This document shows, piece by piece, positions 40,972 to 51,277 of a DNA stretch of 64,000 nucleotides (the first letter of the stretch is position 1; the number at the start of each line of letters is the position of its first letter). Source of the DNA: Alphaproteobacteria bacterium (GTDB lineage: Bacteria; Pseudomonadota; Alphaproteobacteria; UBA828); assembly GCA_963422645.2 (NCBI GenBank), contig CAXXVO010000004.1, forward strand, positions 288,001 to 352,000, in the 5' to 3' direction. The position numbers and the translations under genes were made by a program. Below the pieces are notes generated by a model. That model saw nothing but the letters and a program-made list of their open reading frames with translations. It ran no database searches and was not told where the DNA came from.

Positions 40972-43330
40972 TCAGACTTCCTGACCTCTGCTGATTTTAG
41001 GTGACACGAGCCGCGCGGATTCCGAGGCCCCGTCGATGTCGTAGACTATGCGCAGACGGGTGCCGGGGAAGACCGTTTCGGTGGCGTTCAGGTCGCTCAG
41101 AACCGCATCGATCCAACGGTCGCAGGCGTCGTTTGCGAGGCCAAGAATGTGGACCCGCAGGAGGCCATTGCCAGGATCCGGCAGGATGTCGGCATCGGCG
41201 GTGAGCAGCGCTTGAAGCAGTTTCCGGGGATGGGGCTTGTGGCCCTGCGCCTGCATGACGGGAAGCATCATGCGGGTTTCGGCGCGGTAGGCGATCATCC
41301 GGATGACGTCGAGGAGGAGGCGCTCGCGCGCGGGCAAGGCATCGAGCTGCTCGGCTTCGTCGAGGTCGCCGGCCCGGCAGTGCTTGGGCGTCTCCCTGCG
41401 GCTGGCCCTGACGATGTCGCGGACATCCTGGAGGTCCCTGACTTCCCTCCTGAGTTCCGCCGTCGGCTGCTTCTTCCGGGCCGTGTCGGCGATGCGGTTG
41501 CGCAGGCGGCCAAGCTGGCGGTCGAGGCGATGGATTGCCTTGTCATAGGCCCGCCGCAGCGGGTTGACGACCATGGCGGCGGGATCGAGAGGCTCGAGCT
41601 CGTGGGTCGGCAGGGCGTCGAGATTGAACTCGTCACGCATGTACTTGAAGAAGTTCTCCTGCGACCAGCGCGAGAACATGGCGCCCGCAACCTCAGCCAT
41701 CGGCTTGTGCGGATCGGTGGTGATCAGCGGCACCTGACGGCCGTTGTCGAGCAGGCGGCGGATCTGGCGCACCCTGAAGCCGTTCGGCAACGTCACCGGC
41801 TTCTCAGCCAGCCGCATGGTGGCGCTGCCGTCCGCCGCCGGTCCGTGAATGGGAACGGTCATCGCGCCGAAGTCCTCGGCCGGCCAGTCCTCGCCCCTGA
41901 AGTTCTTGTGCCAGGTCAGGCAGGCGACGCCGCGCCTCGCCAGCCGGCGGAACAGATCCGGGCTCCAGCCCTCGCGGTCGAAGACCAGGGTGAGCGCCGG
42001 CTGGCCGGGATGCTCGGCGGTCAGGTCCGGCGCCCCGGCGCCAACGATCCCAAGCTCCTGCAGCGCCGGCACCACGTCGGCTTCGATGGCCGCGACCATC
42101 TTCGGGTCCAGCGGCTTGTGCAGACAGAGCAGCGGCTTGCCGCCCAGAGCGTTGATCCAGTAGCTGGCGCTCGCCGGCAGGCACAGCTTCTCGCGCGAGA
42201 CGAAGTGCTTGGGCAAGCGCCCCTTGCGGCCGGAGTAGACCTTGACGTGCCCGTCGATGGCCAGCGTCGCCCAGAGCTCCGGCTCGTCGGCCTTGCCAGC
42301 GCCTGGCAAGGGCGAGCTGCCACGCCCGCACGCCGGCCTCGTCGTCGGCGATGAGAGCGATCTTGCGGCGCAGCGTCTTGACCTCGGGGCAGCGATCGAG
42401 GCCGAGAATGGCGCCCCATTCGCCCGGCGCCTGGTAGCGCAGGCTCTCGGGGTTGCGCACCCGCGCCAAGGTCATGAAGGCCAGGAAGAGCAGGATCGTA
42501 GGCAAGCCGTAATAGCCCTTCGGCAGCAATGGCAGGAGACCGGTCTCGGAGAGAAGACCTTCCTTCAGCAGGGCCGGCAGGGCGGCGAGCACGCCGCCGA
42601 AGCGGACACCGCGGGCGGCGGCGGCGAACTGCGGTTCGACCGGCCCCGCCTGTCCACAACTGGCCAGAACCCGAGCCGGAACATCGCAAGTCGCACGCCC
42701 CATCGGCGCCTGCCGGTCCCGCCGATCGCGCGCGCTGCGATCCGTTTGCGGCTGCGCTTCCAGCCCCGGCGCCGTCTCCGGCCCCGGGGCACCGGTACTC
42801 TCTTCATCGACACGGCCTTCAGGAGCCGCACCCGCGTCAGGCGGCGCAGCCAGCGCTGAGCGTCCGGGCTCCCCATCCGCCTCCGTGTTGCCGATCAGTC
42901 CCTGACGGCGCCACTTGTTGACCGATGGCGCTGACACGCCGAGAACCCGGGCCGCCGCAGAGCCGCTCAGGCCCGATGCCAGCAACGCCGTCGCCTTCTC
43001 CGCCAACTCCGGAGTGAACACCGACGGCCCGCGACCGCGCCGGGGCTTCATGAACCCCGCTTCGCCCTCGGCCAGGTAGCGCCGTCGTGCGCGCTGCACC
43101 GTCGCGCGCGAGACAGCGAAAGCGTCAGCCAGTTCCTGCGGCGAGACCGCGCTGATCGCCGCGAGGCGGCCGATCCGCAAGAGCATGGCCGTGCGGTCAT
43201 CGGCGGCGTGGCTGTCAAAGGGAATGAGGTTGGAAAAGTAGGTGAAGGTGTCGTCCGAGATCAGGACGGCGAAGCAGCTGTTGCCGATCGAGACCGCCTC
43301 TGGAGGGCACATTGGGAGGGTACTGGGCAT
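40972..43330 (-). pseudogene. Large HTH-containing putative transposase, frameshifted near 42292
   Basis: Two overlapping ORFs; IDGHVKVY, VFDREGW, RWSQENFFK; stop codon is the terminal TGA of the IR. Confidence 0.8.
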
Positions 43331-43485
43331 GGTTGAGACCGTGCAATTGGTATCAAATTATACTATCAGACCTCGGGCGCGACACCCAGCGAAAAACCGC
43401 CTGAAACAACCGAAATGTATCAGAATTCAAGGAGTTCCCGGCACGCTGCCCAGAACAGCCAGCATCACGAGGTCAGGAAGTCTGA
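40972..43485 (-). mobile_element. Unclassified (ISNCY-like) IS, 2514 bp
   Basis: 17-bp perfect IR TCAGACTTCCTGACCTC; 3-bp TSD GCT; empty site GGGGTAGCTTACC in IS66-B copy 2. Confidence 0.93.
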
Positions 43486-43952
43486 GCTTACCGGTCGCAG
43501 TCCGCAAGAGGGGCATCGTGAGCTGTGAAACCCGGCGACCCCAGAGGAGCACACGGGCGTCGCGTGGGTAGCGTTGTGCCGAATCCCAGAGAATTTTCAC
43601 AGCAAGAACCTGGGCAGTTACGGACTTTAAGGATGTCCGACATCGGGAAGGAACTCACGGGCCAACTCCCTACATTCGATTGCTCGAAAGGCTGGAGACA
43701 CATCTTCCGATTGGAAGAATAATTGTAGGCCCATCAACAAGTCAGGAAAGGGTGACGGACATCGTTATGGATTTAGCGTAGGGCTTGGACATGGAGGTGC
43801 AAAAGTCAGAGATACCTCTTGTCGGGTCTTCCAGAACCAATCTCTAAAATATTGCGCATGGTTCCAGTTGAAGCAAGCATATTGGCAAGACGCGCAAGTG
43901 AGCGGGAAAGTTGGATAGCCGTCTTTGTACGGATATGGACTTGGTTTCCGAA

Positions 43953-44678
43953 TTAGACTAGTTTGCTGGGCTGTTTGGTGGAGAGAGAATCACTCTCGAC
44001 AGCCTCCACACACTTCTCGTCATCATTCGCCGGCTTGTTCACCAGCGTGCTTACCGGGTGAAAGGTCATCGCGTCCGCAGGGTAGGGGGCGAGGGGGACG
44101 GCTTCGCCTGCGAGCCAGGGGGCGTAGGCGTGCGCCGGCAGGATCACGGGCATGCGGGGGTGGATCGGGGCGAGCGCCGGGTTGGCCTCGGTAGTGAGGA
44201 TGGTGCAGGTCTCCAGCACGTCGCCCGCTTCCAGCTCGGACAGCGAGCCGGTGAGAGCGAGGCCCGCCGGCACGCGCCAGCTTTCCCACAGCCCGGCGAA
44301 GACGAAGCCGGCGCCCTCCTTCAGCCCGATCAGATAGGGCTGCTTGGCCTTGCCCTCGCGCTGCCACTCGTAGAAGCCGTCAGCCGGAATCAGGCAGCGG
44401 CGCGCCTTGAAGGCGGCGCGGAAGGAGGGCTTCTGGTGCGCGGTCTCGGAGCGCGCGTTGATCATCTTGTAGCCGATGTTCGGCTCCCTGGCCCACGCGG
44501 GGACCAGCCCCCAGCGCAGCATGGAGAGGCGGCGGCCGCCCTCGCTCACGCGCACCGCCGCGATGGTCTGCCCCGGCGCCACGTTGTAGCGCGGCCGCAG
44601 GTTCTGGGCCGGGCCGATCAGCCCGAGGAGCTCGTGCAGCTCGCGCCAGGAGAGGCGCTGGGTGAAGCGTCCGCACAT
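43953..44678 (-). CDS. SOS response-associated peptidase (SRAP/YedK family)
   Basis: MCGRF N-terminus, RYNVAP, WGLVP, INARSET, GFYEW, HPRMPVIL. Confidence 0.95.
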   Translation of the reverse strand: MCGRFTQRLSWRELHELLGLIGPAQNLRPRYNVAPGQTIAAVRVSEGGRRLSMLRWGLVPAWAREPNIGYKMINARSETAHQKPSFRAAFKARRCLIPADGFYEWQREGKAKQPYLIGLKEGAGFVFAGLWESWRVPAGLALTGSLSELEAGDVLETCTILTTEANPALAPIHPRMPVILPAHAYAPWLAGEAVPLAPYPADAMTFHPVSTLVNKPANDDEKCVEAVESDSLSTKQPSKLV

Positions 44679-44707
44679 GGTGGTCGGGCGGGGGGCCGGC
44701 GCGCCGC

Positions 44708-45463
44708 CTACCAGGCGGTCCAGCCGAGGTCGATCATGAGGTGGGCGCCGTGCACCGCATCGGCCTCCGACGACGCGAGATAGGCCACGGCGCCCGAGAC
44801 GTCGTCGGCCTCCATCCAGTAGCGGCCCATCGGCGCGATGGCCGCCATTTTCTCCTCCTTGCCGGGCTGGGCGCGGATCGCCGCGTTCATGTCGGTTCTC
44901 GTGGCGCCGGGCCCCACGGCGTTGACGTTGATCCCGTGCGGCCCGAGCTCCAGGGCGAGCGCCTTGGTCAATTGCATCTGGCCGCCCTTCGACGCGCAGT
45001 AGGCGGCGCCGGCGCTCGAGCCGACGATGCCGAGCGTGGACGTGATGTTGACGATCTTGCCCGCGCCCTTGGCCTTCATCGCCGGCGCCACCGCCTTGGC
45101 CATGAAGAAGCTGCCCTTGAGGTTGATGTCGATCTGGGCGTCCCAGAGTTCCTCGGTGGTCTCCTCCATGGACAGCGGGTGGTAGACGCCGGCGTTGTTG
45201 ACGAGGATGTCGATGGTGCCGAAGGCGTCGGCCGCCTCCGCCGCCAGCCGCTCGCAATCGGCGACCCTGGAAACGTCCGCCTGGAAGGGCGCAGCCCGGC
45301 CGCCCCCGTCCACGATTTCCTGCGCCACGGCCTCCGCCTTGCCGCGCGCCGTGTGCGCAACCACCGCGATCACGGCGCCATCCGCGCCTAAGCGCCGCGC
45401 GATGCTGGCGCCGATCCCGCGCGAGCCCCCGGTGACGATCGCGACCTTGCCCTCAAGCCTCAT
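44708..45463 (-). CDS. SDR family oxidoreductase
   Basis: TGGSRGIG, NNAG, YCASK. Confidence 0.94.
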   Translation of the reverse strand: MRLEGKVAIVTGGSRGIGASIARRLGADGAVIAVVAHTARGKAEAVAQEIVDGGGRAAPFQADVSRVADCERLAAEAADAFGTIDILVNNAGVYHPLSMEETTEELWDAQIDINLKGSFFMAKAVAPAMKAKGAGKIVNITSTLGIVGSSAGAAYCASKGGQMQLTKALALELGPHGINVNAVGPGATRTDMNAAIRAQPGKEEKMAAIAPMGRYWMEADDVSGAVAYLASSEADAVHGAHLMIDLGWTAW

Positions 45464-45537
45464 GCCCTGCCTCCCCATCATTCGAGGCCGGCACGATAGC
45501 ATGCGCGGCGCCCCCGGAATGGCAGACATGGGGCGAA

Positions 45538-45653
45538 CCGGGCCGTCAGGCCCGGACGGCGCGACTGCGCCGCGCGCGAGGCGCGTAGCCAAGCGAGCGG
45601 AGCGAGCGCCCGGCGCCTGAGGGAAATGATTAAGTCAGGCCCGGACGGCGCGA
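45538..45653. repeat. Dispersed GC-rich repeat; second unit cut by IS4
   Basis: Shares core with 34259-34287; GTCAGGCCCGGACGGCGCGA occurs at 45545 and again at 45634 directly before the IS4 IR. Confidence 0.75.
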
Positions 45654-47246
45654 CAATGGCATTCACTTAGCGGTTTTCGACTGTTCACTTAAGGAGTCGT
45701 GTTCTTGCGCTGTCGGTTGCGTGCGTTTCTGTCGTTCAGGTGTTCAGGCGACGGCCCGCTTTGCGCGTGCCCACTTGCCGCGGGGTTTGCGCGACCTGCG
45801 TTCGCAGGACCGGCCGGGGTGCGGGCGCTGACGCGCCTGGTTGATGCAGGAGAGGACATGGCTGAGGGTTTCGGCGACCATCGCCGTATGGCGCAGCAGC
45901 AGCGCTTCGAGGTTGCGCGCGACGGTGGCGAGGCCGTTGCTGAAGTTGGCTTTCATCGCCGGCTTGCCGTCGGCAGGGCGCTCGGCGTCGAGGCTTGCGT
46001 TGCTGCGGTTGGTGAAGAGCCGGGTCATGGCGATGAGGTTGAAGTGGGCGAAGAGCTCCTGGCGGACGCCGCGCTCGGTCTGGCTGTGGAAGGCCTCGAC
46101 GGCCATGGCCTGTTTCGAGGTCTTGTAGAGTTCCTCGATTCCCCAGCGCGCGTGATAGAGCTCGGCCAGTTCCGCGACGCTCCAGGCCTTGGGGTCGAGG
46201 AGGGTGGTGGCGAGGATGAAGACCGTGCTGCCGATGCGGTAGCGGACCAGTCGCAGGCGCAGCGGGGTGGCGTCGACGTGCGGCGTCTTGCGGCGCAGCT
46301 TTCTCAGGGTGTCCTTTCCGGGAGCGACGGTGATCGGCGCGTCCGTGCGGCCGTCGGCGATGAAGGCGTCGAGGGCGGCGCCTGCCTTCTTCTTGATCCG
46401 GAACACGGGGTGCAGGCCGCGGGCGACATGGGCGTGCAGCATCTCCCAAGAGTAGTAGCCGCGGTCATAGACCACGATGTCGTTGGCCGAGAGCGCCTTG
46501 AGGTGGGCGAGGGCGGCCCTTCTTTCGTCGCCGTGCGCGACCAGGTCGAAGTCCACCGGGATGTTCGCGTGCAGCCGGTAGAGGCAACTCAGCAGGCCCT
46601 GCGGGTAGTGGGCCGCCTCGGAGGGCGTGCGGTAGCCGGCCTTGAGCAGCGGCCGCGGCAGGTTGAGCTTGGAGCCGTCGACCGCGAACACGCGGTGGCC
46701 CTTCCAGGCCGGGCCGTCGGCGCGCTTGAGGATCTCGGCGTGCAGCGTCTTGAACACCGCCTCGTCGACCTTGGCCCGCGCCATGCACATCGCCGAGGCC
46801 GAGACCGGCGCCGGCTGCGGCAGTGCGACGCCCAGGACCCGGCACTGCTCCCACAGCCCGGCCAGCGTCGTGGCGTAGCCCGCGCGGCCGTTCGAGAACG
46901 CCAGCCGGAAGATGAAGAGCATGACGAGAAGGGTGTCGAGGACCCGCCGGCGGCTCTGCCACACCCGGTCGTGATCGGCGGCCACCGCCGCCAGTGCGCC
47001 GATCAGGTCCTGCCACAGCGCCACGAAGGGATCGTCCGGCGCCAGCGCTGCCGGCCGTGTCCTGTTCCCGCGCCGCGCCGGCCGCGGGCCTTCGAGCAGG
47101 ATCGAGCGGAAGTCCGGCGTCAGCGGGTAGACGTAGACGCTTTTGCGGGTCTTGCCCTTGCCGCCCCCGGTCTCGCCGAGACAGCGCCAGTTGGCCGCGC
47201 GGTAGCAGGCGCCGTCGAAGAGGCTGGGGTCCACGAAGGTCTCCAC

Positions 47247-47698
47247 GAACGTCACAGACTACTATCTTGCAGGCTTCCGAGGCTCCTGAGCCCGTTCGCA
47301 TTCGACGCTACAAGCATCCTTTCGACGGTGAGGCGATCGAGATTCTCGATCGGCGCAAAGGAGGTTACGGGGGCCGGACTCTGAAGGTTCGGATGCCGGA
47401 CGGCAGCTGTTGTTGGATACCAGCGGCATGGACGAGCCTTGGAGCCCGTCCCGAGGATGCACCACGCCTGATCGGAGAGTTGTCTGATTTCCTCACCCTC
47501 CTTAATCTTCTGAATGACCTTGATGAGAGGGAACTCAGGCGCGATGGATGCGGAGCAGGAGTTGGCGCTGATCGCGCTGATGGAGTGGGAGGAGCGCCGG
47601 GACCGGTGGCTGGCGTTTCCGGCTCCGGACCGGGATCGCGTCGTGCAGGGTCTGGCCGATCTGATGGTTCGGATTGCGGATCGGGAGGCGGCCGATGA
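47247..47698 (+). CDS. Accessory ORF lacking its own start when integrated (start supplied by right end on the circle)
   Basis: VRIRRYKHPFDG..LKVRMPDGS..IPAAWTSL resembles small proteins (DUF5372-like) found before such recombinases; TGA overlaps LSR ATG. Confidence 0.65.
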
Positions 47699-47735
47699 CG
47701 GTCGATCCGTCGAAGATCACCCAGCGTCATCTTGA
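47544..47735 (+). CDS. Small helical accessory protein (63 aa)
   Basis: GAGAGGG upstream; W..FPAPDRDRVVQGLADLM motif; overlaps both neighbours in the third frame. Confidence 0.5.
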   Translation: MDAEQELALIALMEWEERRDRWLAFPAPDRDRVVQGLADLMVRIADREAADDGRSVEDHPASS

Positions 47736-49875
47736 GCGTCTTGCAGTTGTCTACGTTCGCCAGTCGACACCCTTGCAAGTGAACGCGCACCAGGAATCGC
47801 AGCTGCGCCAATACGCGCTTGGCGAGCGTGCCCGGGAGATTGGCTGGCCGGCCGAGCGGATACGGACGATCGACGCCGATCTTGGCGAGAGCGCAAGCGA
47901 GAAGGCGCGCGGCGAGCGTGGCGGCTTTCGGGAGATGTGCGACCTGATCGCCCGGGACCATGTCGGGGGCATCTTCGGGATTGAGGTTTCGCGGCTCGCC
48001 AGGAACACGATGGAATGGTTTCAGCTTCTCGATCTATGTCGCAGGCACGACACGGTTCTGGTTGAGGACTGCCACATCTACTGCCCGAGCCGGGACGACG
48101 ACTCCCTTGTCCTGGGGATCAAGGGAACCGTGAGCGCCGCTGAGCTGTCTCTTATTCGCGCCCGGATGGAGGGCGGAAAGCGGAACAAGGCGCTTCGTGG
48201 CGAGTTGTACTCGCGCGTTCCGATCGGATTTGTGCGGGATGGCTCGACTTTGCGGAAGGATCCGGATGCCCGGGTTCAGGCGGCGATTGCAACGGTCTTT
48301 GCGCGTTTTCGGCAAGCCGGTTCGGCCCGCCAGGCGACGATGCTGCTGCGTGAGGCGGGCGAGGATGTTCCCTCTCGCCGGCACCCGGGGGCAGCATTGG
48401 AATGGGGCCCGGCGCGCTATGAACGGGTGTACCGCATCCTCACCAACCCGGCGATGGGCGGCGCCTATGCCTACGGCTTCAAACGCGGCGTTGGTCACGG
48501 TGCGCCGCTGCGGCCGGTCCAGGAGCGCTGGGATATTCTTCAGCCGGAGAAGCATGAGGGATATGTCAGTTGGGCAGAATGGCTTGAAGTACAGGAGCAG
48601 CTGGCCCGCAACCACATGGCTCCGGACGGAGCCCGCGGCGCGGCGCGGGAAGGGTCGGCTCTGCTCCAGGGTCTCGCGGTCTGCGGCGGCTGCGGATTGC
48701 CGATGACCGTCTACTACAGCAAGACGGGCTGGGGGTATGAGTGCCGCAAGCGCGATGCTGCGCGCCGGCGCGGCGGTTGTTGGTCGACAGGCGGCAAGCG
48801 CGTTGATGCGGAAGTTGCCCGTCTGTTTCTCGATGCGGTCACGCCGGCGGGGGTGGAGGCGGCCCGGCAGGCGGCTTGTGATGTTGCTGAACGCGGCCTG
48901 CGCGCGTTGCGCCGTTGGGAGCTGGATCTTGAGCACTGCCGGTACGAGGCGCGGCTTGCCGAGCGGCGCTACAAGCAGGTCGATCCCGACAACCGTCTGA
49001 TTGCGGCAACGCTGGAGCGCGAGTGGGAGAAGGCGCTTCGCGCCGAGAAGGCTGCACAGGAAGCGCTTGAGGCGGCACGGGCGCGTCAGCCCGCGGCCCC
49101 TGCCCCGGCGGTTTTCGAGGGTCTCGGCGCGCGCCTGTCGCAGGTCTGGGGGGCGTCGTCGACGACCATGCGCGAGCGCAAGCGCCTGCTCGCCTGCCTC
49201 CTCGACGAGGTGACGATCGAGCTTGCGCGACAGGAGCGTGAGATCATGGCAACATTGCGCTGGCGTGGCGGGCAGATCGACGAGATCACTTTGCCGATGC
49301 TCGCGGGCTCTCCGACACCCCGGCGCGATGAGCGCAGCACGGTCGAGCTCGTGCGCAAGCTGTCATGCTTTTACAACGACCGGGAGACCGCGAAGGTTCT
49401 CACCCGCCAGGGACGGCGCACAGCACGGGGTCTGGATTTCACGGCCGAGCTTGTTGGCAGCCTGCGTCGCCGCCATGGCATTGCGCCCTACCAGCCCGAC
49501 GGGGACGAGCCGGTGCTCATGGGCGTTGCCGATGTGGCGAAGGAGATCGGAGTCTCGGATGACACCATCTATCGCTGGATCCGCGAGGGGCTGGTTCCGG
49601 TTGCCCAGCCCGATATCGAAGGTGCTCCTCTTCGGATCCGGATGACCCCGACCTTGCGCGAGCGCTTTCGTGAGGCGCCTCCGGAGGGGTTTGTTCCCCT
49701 CGCTGTGGCAATGGATCGTCTGGGTGTCACGCGGCAGACGGTCTGGGAACGGATCAAGGCGGGCAGGCTGGACAGCTGCCATGTGACCCGCGGCAAGACG
49801 CGCGGACTGTATGTGCGTTTGCCGGTCGAGGACGAACTGCCGCTGCTGCGCGGGCTCAACGGTGATGGGGGGTGA
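47695..49875 (+). CDS. Large serine recombinase with C-terminal HTH domains (726 aa)
   Basis: VYVRQS catalytic Ser, EVSRLARN, recombinase domain, CGGC..C..C zinc ribbon, coiled coil, two excisionase-like HTHs; GGGAGG RBS. Confidence 0.95.
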   Translation: MTVDPSKITQRHLERLAVVYVRQSTPLQVNAHQESQLRQYALGERAREIGWPAERIRTIDADLGESASEKARGERGGFREMCDLIARDHVGGIFGIEVSRLARNTMEWFQLLDLCRRHDTVLVEDCHIYCPSRDDDSLVLGIKGTVSAAELSLIRARMEGGKRNKALRGELYSRVPIGFVRDGSTLRKDPDARVQAAIATVFARFRQAGSARQATMLLREAGEDVPSRRHPGAALEWGPARYERVYRILTNPAMGGAYAYGFKRGVGHGAPLRPVQERWDILQPEKHEGYVSWAEWLEVQEQLARNHMAPDGARGAAREGSALLQGLAVCGGCGLPMTVYYSKTGWGYECRKRDAARRRGGCWSTGGKRVDAEVARLFLDAVTPAGVEAARQAACDVAERGLRALRRWELDLEHCRYEARLAERRYKQVDPDNRLIAATLEREWEKALRAEKAAQEALEAARARQPAAPAPAVFEGLGARLSQVWGASSTTMRERKRLLACLLDEVTIELARQEREIMATLRWRGGQIDEITLPMLAGSPTPRRDERSTVELVRKLSCFYNDRETAKVLTRQGRRTARGLDFTAELVGSLRRRHGIAPYQPDGDEPVLMGVADVAKEIGVSDDTIYRWIREGLVPVAQPDIEGAPLRIRMTPTLRERFREAPPEGFVPLAVAMDRLGVTRQTVWERIKAGRLDSCHVTRGKTRGLYVRLPVEDELPLLRGLNGDGG

Positions 49876-50952
49876 CCATGCCCGGACCGTCAGGCAAAAC
49901 GCCCGATGCAGATCCGCACCTCCAACGTGCGATACTGGAAAATCACGTCCGGCACGATGTAAAGGTCGCCGCGGCGGCAACAACGGAATCCAAACCGCCT
50001 TTTCTATCAATGCGGTAGAAACGCCCGCCCACCTGCACAACGGAGAAGCATTATGAAGCCTTCATCTCCACCAGAACCGGGCGCGCTCCGAAGCGCGCCT
50101 CCCAGTCGCCGGGCAGCTGGCGCAGCGCCATCGACAGCGCTTTCGACGCCAGGTTGTCGACCCGGACCCAGGGAAAGATCAGGAAACGCGTGTGACCCAC
50201 GACCAGATCGAGGTGCTTGCGGAAGCCTTCCGCCGGCCACCCGATCCACTCGTCGCGGCAGGGCAGCGTGCGCGACGCCCGGGCAAACAGAAGGCAGCCC
50301 AGAGGCCGCCCGTGGCGGTCCAGGAGAAAATAGCGCAGATGCGCGCCGACCAGACGATGCAGCCCGAGATAGTGGTGGCGCGCGACGAACTCGTTCCACA
50401 GCCCGCCCTCCTCCTTGCCCGCCGCAATCGACAGGCGCAGCGGCATCAGCGCGGCCAGGTCCTCCGCGATCGCCGCGGCCGGCGCCGTCCGCTCGCTCCG
50501 GGCCATCGCCTCCTGCGGCCCCCGCACCTGCGCCTCGTCCCGCGCCGGCAGGGTCAGGATGCCCAGCCGCTCCAACTCCTCCAGCATCCGCAGGCAGACC
50601 GCGACACGGTTCCGCCCGCTCGGCGCGCGCCAGTTCAAATGCTCGCAGATCGTGTGCCCGAGCTCGTTGCGGCTGATCGCCGGAAACAGCGCCACCGTCT
50701 CCTGGATGTCGGCAATCTGCCGGCGGGTCAGACGTCTGCCGAAAAAGGTCGTCGACTTCAGCGCGGTGATGCGGGGGTCCATGGGCCGGCTCCACTGACA
50801 GGGGGACAGCCACAGTGTGCCAAAGCACACGCCGCCGGTCAATCCCCCTCGTGCGGGAAACGCCGAGACCGACAATCCACACAAGAAATCAACTCGTTAC
50901 GACACCACCAAAAAAACCCCGGAACAATCTTCGCGCCAAATGAATGCCATTG

Positions 50953-51271
50953 GGGCGCCGACGGCAGCCACTCGCCACGGATTAGCGTCGAGGCGGCGGC
51001 TGCGGTCGACCCCGACGCGATCGTGCTCATGCCCTGTGGCTACGACCTGCCGCGCACGGTAGAAGACGGCCGCGCGCTGCTGGCCGACCCCGCCTGGGGC
51101 GGCCTGCGCGCGACACAGGCCGGCGCGGTCTACGCCACCGACGGCAACGCCTACTTCAATCGGCCAGGGCCGCGGCTCGTCGAGTCCCTGGAAATTCTGG
51201 CCGAAATCCTCCACCCGGCGCACTTCGCCTTCGGACACGAGGGCACCGGGTGGGTTCGCCTGGACGTGTGA
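50953..51271 (+). pseudogene. C-terminus of cobalamin-binding (BtuF-like) protein
   Basis: DPDAIVLMPCGYD, DGNAYFNRPGPRLVESLEILAEILHP; 5' part replaced by IS4. Confidence 0.82.
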
Positions 51272-51277
51272 GGACCG

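Larger units (their letters stand above)
39217..43621 (+). mobile_element. IS66-family element B, copy 3, with nested IS
   Basis: Same IRs; TSD GGACTTTA. Confidence 0.95.
47247..50071 (+). mobile_element. IS-sized large serine recombinase integrative element
   Basis: 7-bp direct repeat TCTCCAC at 47240-47246 and 50065-50071; empty site GAAGGTCTCCACCAGAACC at ~22991-23009. Confidence 0.92.
45744..50782 (-). pseudogene. DUF4338-IS4 transposase split by LSR element
   Basis: Rejoined length 2214 bp equals that of copy 1. Confidence 0.88.
45654..50952 (-). mobile_element. IS4-like DUF4338 element, copy 2, containing the LSR element
   Basis: Same IRs; no TSD; right flank is a 5'-truncated gene. 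Confidence 0.92.
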
